From: Bacteroidota bacterium | Lineage (GTDB): Bacteria > Bacteroidota > Bacteroidia > Chitinophagales > Chitinophagaceae | Assembly (NCBI GenBank): GCA_018266575.1 | Contig: JAFEAE010000026.1 | Span: 3,777-67,776 of the forward strand | Direction of reading: 5' to 3' | DNA length: 64,000 nt | Shown here: piece after piece, positions 1 through 8,906 of the stretch | Layout of the letters: each line of letters opens with the position of its first letter | How positions within the stretch are numbered: position 1 is the stretch's first letter | Made by a program: the position numbers and the translations under genes | The notes under the pieces: model-generated | Told to the model about the DNA's origin: nothing | The model's database searches: none | What the model saw: only the letters and a program-made list of their open reading frames with translations

Positions 1-1113
1 TTTCCTGCTCACATGCAAATAGCGCTCCGTGGTCTTTATACTGAAATGGCCAAGTATGTCTTTTATATATCTTATATCGATGCCTTTTTCAAGAACGTGC
101 GTAGCAAAACTGTGCCTCAATGAATGGAAGCTCACTTGTTTTACTATGCCCGCCTTTTCTTTTGCCTGGTAAAAAATTTCCTGTGCACTTCGGGTGCTAT
201 ATGGCGTTCCCGGGTTCTCTCCTTCAAACAGGTACGTTTTGGGCATTGAAGGCATGCTTTTTAAATATGCCCTTAATATATCAAGCAATAAAATACTCAG
301 GTTCACATAACGGTCTTTTTTTCCTTTGGCACACTCAATAAATATCAGCATGCGGCTGCTGTCAATATCATTCACACGAAGGTTTACCACTTCGCTCACA
401 CGAAGCCCTGCGCTATAAGCAGTGAACAGTATGGCTTTATGCTTCAGGTTTTTTACTGCAGTAAACATCCTGGCAACTTCGCTTTCTCCCAAAACTTTCG
501 GCAGAATGATCTGTTTTTTTGGCCGCGGTATTTCCAAAAAAAATTTTTCACGTTTCAACACCTGTTCAAAATAAAATTTTAACGCGTTCAGCCTGCTGTG
601 TGCCGTGTTTTCCTTTATGCCTTCTTTCTCCATCGCATATACCATATATCTTTTTATATCGCCAACGCTAAGTTCATCAACAGGTTTGTTTTTCAGCACA
701 CGCAGCAATTGCGCAAACTCATTGCAATAGGTTCGTATAGTACTGTCGCTGTACGCTTTTAGCTTTAGTTGTTCGGTTAATTTTTCAATTGCCTGTGTAT
801 TTTCTTTGCAGAATTTTTTTTGTGCAGTTGCGGGTACAACTTTTTGTATTGCCGCAGTTGTATTCTTTTGCTTTTTATTTTGCAGGTATTTTTTTAATGA
901 GGAAATATCAAGGGTTGCAAAACCTGCTACAGCTTTGCGGATATTCTCATAACAATTTTTATTGAGGGGAAGATACCAGCACTTCTGTGACTGGCTCCAT
1001 TTTATCAATGGGATTTTTCTAACAAGGTTGTTCAGTTGCTTGTCATTTTCAAAATGCACCGCAATACATTCTTTGCCGCGATGCAGGATAGGGTTCAGGT
1101 TGATCGTTTTCAT
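1..1113 (-). CDS. Tyrosine-type site-specific recombinase/integrase, 3' end cut by window edge
   Basis: Absent from the ORF track because there is no stop inside the window. The minus-strand ATG is the complement of 1111-1113, followed by 371 in-frame codons down to position 1 (MKTINLNPILHRGKECIAVHF...). It contains AYSAGLRVSEV (Arg box). It ends ...VSFHSLRHSFATHVLEKGIDIRYIKDILGHFSIKTTERYLHVSRK, the HxLRH...LGH...Y catalytic box of tyrosine recombinases. Confidence 0.85.
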   Translation of the reverse strand, partial: MKTINLNPILHRGKECIAVHFENDKQLNNLVRKIPLIKWSQSQKCWYLPLNKNCYENIRKAVAGFATLDISSLKKYLQNKKQKNTTAAIQKVVPATAQKKFCKENTQAIEKLTEQLKLKAYSDSTIRTYCNEFAQLLRVLKNKPVDELSVGDIKRYMVYAMEKEGIKENTAHSRLNALKFYFEQVLKREKFFLEIPRPKKQIILPKVLGESEVARMFTAVKNLKHKAILFTAYSAGLRVSEVVNLRVNDIDSSRMLIFIECAKGKKDRYVNLSILLLDILRAYLKSMPSMPKTYLFEGENPGTPYSTRSAQEIFYQAKEKAGIVKQVSFHSLRHSFATHVLEKGIDIRYIKDILGHFSIKTTERYLHVSRK

Positions 1114-1193
1114 GATTCAAATTACAATTCTCTTTTATTTTACAGGCATTCATAATTTTTTTACATGTTAGTATATAGGCCCAATGCTTCATA

Positions 1194-1238
1194 GCAGCAC
1201 TACCGATGAACGGATTGCGACGCAACGATGCTTAATAG
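1194..1238. repeat. Family-B dispersed repeat, partial copy (core gcgacgcaacgatgcttaatag)
   Basis: The same core recurs at 36608-36740, 37515-37585, 52184-52215 and 52367-52398. Confidence 0.6.
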
Positions 1239-1307
1239 AATTACCATCGCCGGTATCAAAATTCTCTTTACAGAAATCCTTATATTTAGAATCTAAAAAA
1301 TTGCTGT

Positions 1308-3926
1308 ATGAATCATAACCCTGGAAGAAGGTCTTTCTTAAAACAAATCGGATTGAGCGGTACTGCCGCTGCTGTTTTTCCTGCCGGATTAGCACTTGGT
1401 GAATCAAACCAACGGCAACGTATAACCGAAAATGTTACTGATACTAAAACAGGCAGCCGTGTGTATAACGGCGCTTACTCGCACGAATACCTGAGCCGCA
1501 TTGCATTCCCGATGGGTGGTTTCGGCACGGGGATGATCTGTATTGAAGGCACAGGCGCATTGTCGCATGTATCCATAAAAAACCTGCCTGATGTATATAA
1601 TGAGCCATGCACGTTTGCCGCCATTTCTGTGAAAGGATTGAAGAACGGTGCTAAAGTGCTGGAAGGGCCTGTGCCGTTGTGGAAACATTTTGGCCGCCCC
1701 TATTCCGGCGAAGGCTCGGAGAGTTCTACGATCGGGCTTCCGCGTTTCCGTAATACGTCGTTCCTCGCAAGGTTCCCTTTCGGCCATGTTGATATTTCGG
1801 ATGATGATATACCGATGAAAGTAAAGATCACAGGGTGGAGCCCTTTCATTCCCGGCGATGAAAATAATTGCAGCATGCCTGTTGGCGCCATCGAATATCA
1901 TTTCACCAACACAAGTAAAACAACATTGGATGCCGTGTTTTCTTTCAACACCAAAAATTTTGTGCGTGTGGATGATGGCAAAAATAAAATCACATCAACC
2001 AAAAATGGTTTTGTGATGACGGAAGAAGGTACAAAAGAAAAACCGTTCCGTACCGATATGGCTTTTTTTACAGATGATGATGCAACGGTTGTTGACCATT
2101 GCTGGTTTCGCGGCGGATGGTGGGATGGGTTGACCATGGCATGGAATGCGGTGAAAAATGCAGAAGTAAAATCTGTTGCGCCAGTTGAAAAAGATGCGCC
2201 GGGTGCATCGTTGTACGTTCCGTTTTCAATCGGTGCAGGAAAAGAAAAAACAATCCGCGTGATGATGGCGTGGTATTCGCCGGATACTGATCAGACCTAT
2301 GGTGATGTAGGAAAGAAAAAAGAAAACTGCGACCCGGCAAATGGTTGCTGCAACTCCCCTTCCGATATCGGCCTCGATAAATACGACCAGAACTTCGATG
2401 GAAAATATTATAAACCGTGGTACAGCAACCGTTTTAAAAATATTGATGAACTGATCTCCTATTGGTCTGCCCAATACGATGATTTGAAAAAAAAGAGCAC
2501 ACTTTTTAAAGATGCATTTTATGCAAGCACATTGCCGCCGGAGGTTGTTGAAGCCGTTGCTGCAAACCTCACCATATTAAAATCAACAACGGTAATGCGC
2601 CAGTATGATGGGCGTGCATGGAACTGGGAAGGCAGCGGCGATACGTGGGGTTCGTGCCATGGCTCATGCACCCACGTGTGGAATTATGCGCAGGCTACCT
2701 CGCATTTATTTCCGGCAATGGAGCGCAGCATGCGTGCTACAGAATTTTGCGAAAGCCAGAGTGAAGAAGGCCATCAAACATTTCGTGCCGTACTTCCGAT
2801 ACAACCTGCAACACACGATTTCCATTCTGCTGCAGACGGCCAGCTTGGCGGCATTATGAAAGTATACCGCGAGTGGAGAGTGAGCGGCGACAGTGAATGG
2901 CTGAAAAAAATTTTTCCGATGGTAAAAACAAGTATGGAGTATTGCATCCGTACCTGGGATCCGCATGAACGTGGTGTGATTGAAGAGCCGCATCATAATA
3001 CATACGACATTGAATTTTGGGGAGCCGATGGAATGCACACCAGTTTTTACATTGGTGCGTTAAATGCGATCACTGCGATGGGAGAATACCTGAACAAAGA
3101 CATGTCGAGATATAAAAATCTTTCTGCATTGGCGAAGAAAGCAATCGAAACAGAATTGTACGATGGCGAATTTTTTATTCAGAAAATTCAATACAAAGGT
3201 TTGAATGCAGGCGACCCGACAACTGCAAAATCTTTCGGCGGTGATTATTCCGATGAAGCAAAAGAATTGCTGCAAAAAGAAGGCCCGAAATATCAATATG
3301 GAAAAGGATGTTTGTCGGACGGTGTGCTTGGTGCATGGATAGCACGCATGTGCGGATTGAATGACCCGATGGATACATCAAAAATTAAAAGCCATTTACT
3401 TGCCATCCATAAATATAATCTGAAACAAAATCTGAGTGAACATGCAAACCCGCAACGCCCTTCATTTGCCGTTGGCGATGAAGGTGGTTTATTATTATGC
3501 ACCTGGCCAAAAGGCGGAAAACTTTCATTACCGTTTGTGTATAGTGATGAAGTGTGGACAGGCATCGAACACCAGGTTGCTTCTCACCTTATGCTGATGG
3601 GACATGTACAGGAAGGATTGGATGTGTTGCGTGCATCACGCAACCGTTATGACGGAAGGATTAGAAATCCATTCAACGAATATGAGTGCGGGCATTGGTA
3701 TGCACGTGCGCTCGCAAGCTATGGATATCTGCAAGCGCTTACTGGTGTACGTTATGATGCTGTGGATAAGAAATTATATGTGGATTCAAAAGTTGGCGAC
3801 TTTACGAGTTTTATTTCCACGGAAACAGGATTCGGAACAGTAACACAAATGATGGGAAAAGTTACGGTGAATGCTGTGTATGGAAAGATCGATGTAGACA
3901 AGATTGAAATTGCAAAAAAAGCGTAG
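1308..3926 (+). CDS. Glycoside hydrolase family 116-like (GBA2-type beta-glucosidase/glucosylceramidase) with Tat-like signal
   Basis: 872-aa ORF. The N-terminus RRSFLKQIGLSGTAAAVFPAGLALG is twin-arginine-like. IAFPMGGFGTGMICIEGTGALSHVSIKN matches my memory of the GH116 N-terminal domain. The large C-terminal region looks like an (alpha/alpha)6-type catalytic domain. Confidence 0.7.
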   Translation: MNHNPGRRSFLKQIGLSGTAAAVFPAGLALGESNQRQRITENVTDTKTGSRVYNGAYSHEYLSRIAFPMGGFGTGMICIEGTGALSHVSIKNLPDVYNEPCTFAAISVKGLKNGAKVLEGPVPLWKHFGRPYSGEGSESSTIGLPRFRNTSFLARFPFGHVDISDDDIPMKVKITGWSPFIPGDENNCSMPVGAIEYHFTNTSKTTLDAVFSFNTKNFVRVDDGKNKITSTKNGFVMTEEGTKEKPFRTDMAFFTDDDATVVDHCWFRGGWWDGLTMAWNAVKNAEVKSVAPVEKDAPGASLYVPFSIGAGKEKTIRVMMAWYSPDTDQTYGDVGKKKENCDPANGCCNSPSDIGLDKYDQNFDGKYYKPWYSNRFKNIDELISYWSAQYDDLKKKSTLFKDAFYASTLPPEVVEAVAANLTILKSTTVMRQYDGRAWNWEGSGDTWGSCHGSCTHVWNYAQATSHLFPAMERSMRATEFCESQSEEGHQTFRAVLPIQPATHDFHSAADGQLGGIMKVYREWRVSGDSEWLKKIFPMVKTSMEYCIRTWDPHERGVIEEPHHNTYDIEFWGADGMHTSFYIGALNAITAMGEYLNKDMSRYKNLSALAKKAIETELYDGEFFIQKIQYKGLNAGDPTTAKSFGGDYSDEAKELLQKEGPKYQYGKGCLSDGVLGAWIARMCGLNDPMDTSKIKSHLLAIHKYNLKQNLSEHANPQRPSFAVGDEGGLLLCTWPKGGKLSLPFVYSDEVWTGIEHQVASHLMLMGHVQEGLDVLRASRNRYDGRIRNPFNEYECGHWYARALASYGYLQALTGVRYDAVDKKLYVDSKVGDFTSFISTETGFGTVTQMMGKVTVNAVYGKIDVDKIEIAKKA

Positions 3927-3984
3927 GCAATCAATTAATAAATAAGAATTGATAATTAATAATTCTTTGTTGGTAAAAACGTTT

Positions 3985-4150
3985 CTTGCCAACAATAAAC
4001 CGATCAGGGCACCGCTGTTCTTCATCACAGTACTACAAAAGTCAAATCGACGCTCCTTCCGGAAACGGGCTGTACATCGTTTACGGATCGCCTTTTTTGG
4101 TTCTTTTTTGGCAAAGCAAAAAAGAACAAGAATAAAAGATGAATTTAATT
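3985..4150 (+). repeat. Family-A element, copy 1 (inverted relative to 8491-8674)
   Basis: Shares ttgccaaNaNNaaaNcgatcagggca...ttcttcatcacagtaNtac with the reverse complement of 8491-8674. Also shares a hairpin (ggttcttttttg-gcaaag-caaaaaagaac, ~4099-4127) and the block aagaaNaaNaataaNatgaaNtta. Confidence 0.7.
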
Positions 4151-4273
4151 ATAGAATACTGTTTATCTGAAATAAAGCATTCTATTATTGTAAAATTTAT
4201 TACAAGTGGTTTTCTTAAAAAGAAATTATTCGTGTAATTCGCCTTCCAATTCGTGTCATTATAACCATATACA

Positions 4274-5410
4274 ATGAAAAATGTTTCAATCTCTTTTATA
4301 TTCTTATTCTTTACAATAGCCGGTTGCACACAATCGCAGCCACGCATGGACTTTGAAAAGTACGAACCGAAATCCACCCTTGTAGTTCCACAACATATTA
4401 TCACGCATGCAAAATTCCCCTTCATTGATGTACATAACCATCAATGGGAAGTTCCATCACAAAACCTTACTGAGCTTTTTAAAGAGATGGATGAGTTGAA
4501 TATGAAAGTGATGATCAACCTAAGTGGAAAAAGTTACAAAGAAAGTCCCGGGCGGAATGGTGATTTTGATGTGCAGGGAAATGATTATCTCGTCCGCAGC
4601 ATTCAACACATAGCAGAAACAAATCCAAAGCGTTTGAAATTATTCACCAATATTTCTTTCGTTGGCTTTGGAGAAAAAGGGTGGACAGAAAATGCCGTGA
4701 AAGAACTGGAGAAAGATGTACAATCCGGCGCGTGTGGTTTAAAAATCTATAAAGACCTTGGCATACATTTTAAAGACGAACATAATAATTATATCCGTAT
4801 TGACGATCCGCGCCTTGATGCTGTTTGGGAAAAATGCGGCGAGCTGCATATCCCTGTGCTCATTCATTCTGCCGATCCGAAAAGTTTCTGGGATGCTGTT
4901 GATGAAAAAAATGAACGCTGGCTGGAAGTTACTACACATCCCGACCGCAGCTATTATAAAAAAGGATTGCCCACATGGGACACTTTGATCGCGGAATAAC
5001 ATCGAATGTTTGCAAAACATCCGCATACCATATTTATTGCCGCACATTTCGGATGGCTTCCGAATAATCTTCCTGCATTGGATAGTTTACTTACACAGTT
5101 ACCAAATGTATATGTGGAGTTTGGTGCCGTGATTGCAGAGATCGGAAGGCAGCCGGTTACTGCAAAAAATTTTTTTGAAAAATACCAGGATAGGATCCTA
5201 TTCGGGAAAGACAGCTGGGTTCCTTCAGAATATCAAACGTATTTCCGTGTGCTTGAAACCAACGATGAATATTTCCCTTATCACAAAAAATATCATGCAT
5301 TCTGGCGCTTGTACGGGCTTGGGTTGAGTGATGATATCCTCAAAAAAATTTATTACAAAAATGCATTGCGCATTATTCCCGGAATTGATAAAACGCTTTT
5401 TCCTGATTAA
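4274..5410 (+). pseudogene. Amidohydrolase-family (TIM-barrel metal-dependent hydrolase) gene interrupted by an in-frame TAA
   Basis: ORFs 4274-4999 and 5006-5410 are in the same frame, separated only by TAA (4997-4999) and two codons (...TLIAE*HRMFAKHP...). N-terminal signal/lipobox (FFTIAGC), FIDVHNHQW metal-binding motif and HSADP are present. The second part continues the barrel (IAAHFGW...). Confidence 0.7.
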
Positions 5411-5480
5411 GTATGAACTATGAGCTATGAAGTATGAAGTATGAAGTTTAAAATTATTCCTTACTTCATAGCTCATACCT
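5411..5480. terminator. Heptad-word hairpin between convergent genes (probable bidirectional terminator)
   Basis: gtatgaa ctatgag ctatgaa gtatgaa gtatgaa ... ttacttcatagctcata. The arms 5419-5433 and 5463-5477 are complementary. Confidence 0.6.
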
Positions 5481-5485
5481 ACTAC

Positions 5486-6748
5486 TTATGCAACAGAAGT
5501 TTCTATTGGTTGTATTTTTTTTGTCTCTACCGCGGGCGTTTTTGTATTGTGCTTGCGAAGGAAATATACATGCCAGCAACCGATAAGTAATGCAATGATA
5601 CCTTGCGCCATCACGGTATTCTGCACATCTATTTTTTGCGATACATACCCGATGATCAGCCCGCCGAGTGGCTGCATTCCGAAAAATGCCATCGCATAAA
5701 AACTGATCACACGGCCACGCATACCTTCTTTCACTGTTGTCTGTATAAGTGTGTTGCTGATCGTAACCTGCGACATCATTCCGAATGCACCAATCGTTGC
5801 GAACACAAGCGCCAATGCATACCAGGGAGCATGAGAAAATAAAATAAGCCCTGTGCCAAAAACAAACGTGTTAATAGCTAATATTTTCCGAAGGTTCGTC
5901 CCCGGTTTTAATGATGCGAGAAAAATTGCACCGGAAAATGCACCCAAACCAATGAAACTATCGATCACACCAAATGTGGAAGCAGTGCCATGAAAAATAT
6001 CCCTCGCATATACCGGTATCAATGTTGTGTATGGAAGAACAAATAAACTGATCAAAGCAAGCATGATGAGGACAGATGAAATTGCAGGTGTTTGTTTGAT
6101 ATACTCAAAACCTTCTTTCAATTCAGTAAAAACATTTTTGTTACGCGGCTTCGGTGTGTATGCCGGAAGTTTCATCATCAGCAACGAAATGATCACAGCT
6201 AAGAAACTAAGCGCATTCAATCCAAAACAAAAAACATCGCCGAATTTTTCAATGATGATCCCTGCAATTGCCGGGCCGATCAATCTTGATAAATTCACCA
6301 TAGAAGAATTCAGTGCAAGCGCATTGGGCAATAATTTTTTATCATCTACCATTTCATATACTAATGATTGCCTTGCGGGAACATCAAACGCATTGATGAT
6401 GCCAAGCAAAACACTCAGTACAATAATTTCCCAGATGGCATAATGTTTTGAAAAGATCAGAAGTGTGAGCAATAGCGATTGTACCATTGATGCAACCTGT
6501 GTCACTAATAATAATTTGTAGCGGTTGTAACGATCGGCAGCAACACCTCCGAGAAATGATAAAACAAATGAAGGAAACATCGTAGAGAACAGCATTACAC
6601 CTAACATGAATTTGGAATGGGTGAGCGCATATACTACCCAGCTCACTGCTGTTTTTTGCATCCATGTTCCGATGAGCGAAACGGATTGTCCTGAAAAATA
6701 TAACCGGTAATTGCGGCTTTTAAACGCATTGAATGTTGTCAGCTTCAT
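5486..6748 (-). CDS. MFS transporter (EntS/MFS_3-like, 12 TM)
   Basis: Long hydrophobic ORF with the RNYRLYFSGQSVSLIGTWMQ and GGVAADRYNR motifs typical of this MFS clade. The track start at 6778 is GTG; I prefer the ATG at 6748 (MKLTTFNAF...), 27 nt after the MarR stop. Confidence 0.85.
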   Translation of the reverse strand: MKLTTFNAFKSRNYRLYFSGQSVSLIGTWMQKTAVSWVVYALTHSKFMLGVMLFSTMFPSFVLSFLGGVAADRYNRYKLLLVTQVASMVQSLLLTLLIFSKHYAIWEIIVLSVLLGIINAFDVPARQSLVYEMVDDKKLLPNALALNSSMVNLSRLIGPAIAGIIIEKFGDVFCFGLNALSFLAVIISLLMMKLPAYTPKPRNKNVFTELKEGFEYIKQTPAISSVLIMLALISLFVLPYTTLIPVYARDIFHGTASTFGVIDSFIGLGAFSGAIFLASLKPGTNLRKILAINTFVFGTGLILFSHAPWYALALVFATIGAFGMMSQVTISNTLIQTTVKEGMRGRVISFYAMAFFGMQPLGGLIIGYVSQKIDVQNTVMAQGIIALLIGCWHVYFLRKHNTKTPAVETKKIQPIETSVA

Positions 6749-6774
6749 AAACCAAACGCTTCTTTCTTTTTGTA

Positions 6775-7221
6775 TCACTCGTAGTCAACCAATCTTGTTA
6801 ATGGCACAATCGCCCTTTCGAGTGCACGCAATTCTTTAGGCGAACATGTTTCTTTCAACGCTTTTGTCAGCCACTCATCACGTTCGCTTCTTACCTGGAG
6901 CAAAACCTGGTAGCCTTTTTTCGATAAAGAAATCATGCATTTGCGTTTATCAATCCCGGAAGTTTTCCGGTTGATATAACCCAGCTCTGCAAGATGGTTC
7001 ACTATCTGCGACATAGATTGCGTGGTGATTTTTTCCATTGCAGCCATTTCGCTTGGCAACAAAGTTTTGTGCTGATCAAGAAGCGCAAGTGTTGAACGCT
7101 CAGTAAGGGATAACAAGCTTGCAGATTCTGATTTCACCCGCAGTTTCCGGATGAGCCTGGATACCACCGTGCGCAGCTCGGAGGCAAGTTGTTGTTCTGT
7201 TATTTCGTATCGTGAGATCAT
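6775..7221 (-). CDS. MarR family transcriptional regulator
   Basis: 148 aa with a winged-HTH pattern (LSLTERSTLALLDQHKTLLPSEMAAMEKITTQSMSQIVNHLAELGYINR). Immediately upstream of the MFS gene on the same strand. Confidence 0.85.
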   Translation of the reverse strand: MISRYEITEQQLASELRTVVSRLIRKLRVKSESASLLSLTERSTLALLDQHKTLLPSEMAAMEKITTQSMSQIVNHLAELGYINRKTSGIDKRKCMISLSKKGYQVLLQVRSERDEWLTKALKETCSPKELRALERAIVPLTRLVDYE

Positions 7222-7438
7222 TAACTAAACTTGTAAGTTTACCTTACAAATTTATGGAATTTTCTTTAGAGTAAGCAGTGAGGAGTAAATTGTAAACGGA
7301 AAGCAAAAAATTGTAAGCAACGTCAGGCATCAGGGTTGATGACTGACAACTGATAACTGACGCCTGATTTTAACCTTTCATTTGTAACATAAATCATAAG
7401 TTAACGTATTATTTGTTGTTCATACCAAACCCTTAATT

Positions 7439-7756
7439 ATGTCTTCACGCATTGTTATTGTTGCTTATAAGCCAAAACCTGGCAAAGAGAATGAACTGAA
7501 AAGACTCGCAAAAGCTCATCACGATGTCTTATGGGAACAAGGCCTTGTGACAGAGCGAAAACCGATACTTATGCAAGCCGGCGACAAAACGATCATCGAA
7601 GTTTTTGAATGGAAATCGGAAGATATCATTAAACATGCACATACTAATCCTGCAGTATTGAAGTTGTGGGAACAATACAGCCAGGTTTGCGATTATATTC
7701 CTGTAGCGAATGTGAGTGAGAGTGCAAATTTGTTTTCAGAATTTAGTGCGGTGTAG
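7439..7756 (+). CDS. Small conserved hypothetical protein (possibly dimeric alpha/beta-barrel, ABM-like)
   Basis: 105-aa ORF with a clean ATG, followed by a strong hairpin terminator. The fold assignment is a guess from size and pattern only. Confidence 0.45.
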   Translation: MSSRIVIVAYKPKPGKENELKRLAKAHHDVLWEQGLVTERKPILMQAGDKTIIEVFEWKSEDIIKHAHTNPAVLKLWEQYSQVCDYIPVANVSESANLFSEFSAV

Positions 7757-7812
7757 GTTTCTCGGAAAGGCGCAAAGAGGTGATTCTGATTATTTCATTA
7801 TTGAGTAAAATG

Positions 7813-7845
7813 AAAATGGCGCTTATCAATGCGCCATTTTTATTT
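7813..7845. terminator. Bidirectional rho-independent terminator
   Basis: aaatggcgc-ttatcaat-gcgccattt followed by a T-run, with an A-run on the other side. Lies between convergent genes. Confidence 0.7.
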
Positions 7846-7870
7846 GGGAAAAATAATATGAATTGGAAAA

Positions 7871-8281
7871 TTAAAATCTTCTGCGGTCTCTGTCCCTGTC
7901 ATTGAAATCGCGGCGTCCGCCACGGTCTCCACGGTCTCTGTTATCACGAAAGCCGCCACCCCTGTTATCACGGAAACCGCCTCTTTGATCGCCGCGGTCG
8001 CGAAAACCGCCGCTATTTTGATTACCTGAATTTTGAGACTGATCGTCTGCGAGCTTTACCGACAACTGTTTTCCTCCTGCCAGGTATGCACCATTTAATG
8101 TTTGAATAGCCTCATTTCCTCCAGCTTCATTTGCCATTTCTAAAAAACCAAAACCCCTGCTTTTACGGGTCTGCCTGTCAATTGCTACTTTAGCTGAAAT
8201 TACTTCGCCGTAGAGTTCGAACATTTCACGCAAATCAGTATCATCGAAATCATAGGGAAGGCCGGCGACAAAAAGTTTCAT
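7871..8281 (-). CDS. RRM-domain RNA-binding protein with RG/RGG-rich tail
   Basis: MKLFVAGLPYDFDD (RNP2) and SRGFGFLEM (RNP1), with a C-terminal GGFRDNRG repeat tail. The internal ATG at 8281 is preferred over the extended track start. Confidence 0.85.
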   Translation of the reverse strand: MKLFVAGLPYDFDDTDLREMFELYGEVISAKVAIDRQTRKSRGFGFLEMANEAGGNEAIQTLNGAYLAGGKQLSVKLADDQSQNSGNQNSGGFRDRGDQRGGFRDNRGGGFRDNRDRGDRGGRRDFNDRDRDRRRF

Positions 8282-8490
8282 GTTAGATATTTTAAGCGAA
8301 ATTATATCTAATTTATCACAATTGCAGCATAAATAAAAACACAAATTTCACAATATAATCACACCTGAATAATAGCCCTGAAAACCCTATTGGAAGGTGA
8401 TATAAAGAAAGATTCATCGCCCTTTTTTTGCAAAAAATTTATAACCGCTTTTTTATGATCCCTGCATAGGCATGAGTTTACTCTTAGGCT

Positions 8491-8674
8491 AATTTCATCT
8501 TATTCGTTATTCTTTTTTGAATCGCCAAAAAACGAACCGAAGCCTCATCCGTCCCGTTAAAAGCGGGGCACCTTCTCCTGCCGAGAAGGAAAGAAGCTTA
8601 GATTAAGCTTTGGTACTACTGTGATGAAGAACTTTTATGCCCTGATCGCTTTGCTATTGGCAAAAAATGCCTAA
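8491..8674 (-). repeat. Family-A element, copy 2, including a conserved mini-ORF on the + strand (8624-8674)
   Basis: Its reverse complement aligns with 3985-4150. Hairpin ttcttttttg-aatcgc-caaaaaacgaa at ~8510-8536. Mini-ORF gtg ATG aag aac ... gives MKNFYALIALLLAKNA*. Confidence 0.7.
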
Positions 8675-8906
8675 AGCAAATAATATTTCTTTATTCCAAT
8701 GATCAGATAAAACAACAGCAACTGATTTTCTTATTCTGATAGCAGCAGAACAGAAATGCAAATAAAAAAATTCCTGCGAACAGGGGGAAGACAATCTTAG
8801 ATGCCTGGTACCCCGGCATCACAAATCTCCGGAACTACAATTTGGAAACTTAACTGGTACTTTTTTCCATGGCATTAAACATTTATTTTCGGGTACAATA
8901 TTTTAT

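Noticed and set aside
3786-4028. 80-aa minus-strand ORF overlapping the GH116 3' end
   Set aside because: Only its first ~15 codons are conserved with the second family-A copy. The remainder overlaps the GH116 stop region and an AT-rich spacer, with no coding signal.
4997-4999. Programmed recoding (selenocysteine, pyrrolysine or readthrough) at the in-frame stop of the amidohydrolase
   Set aside because: The codon is TAA, not TGA or TAG, and I saw no downstream SECIS-like hairpin. A nonsense mutation or sequencing error is simpler.
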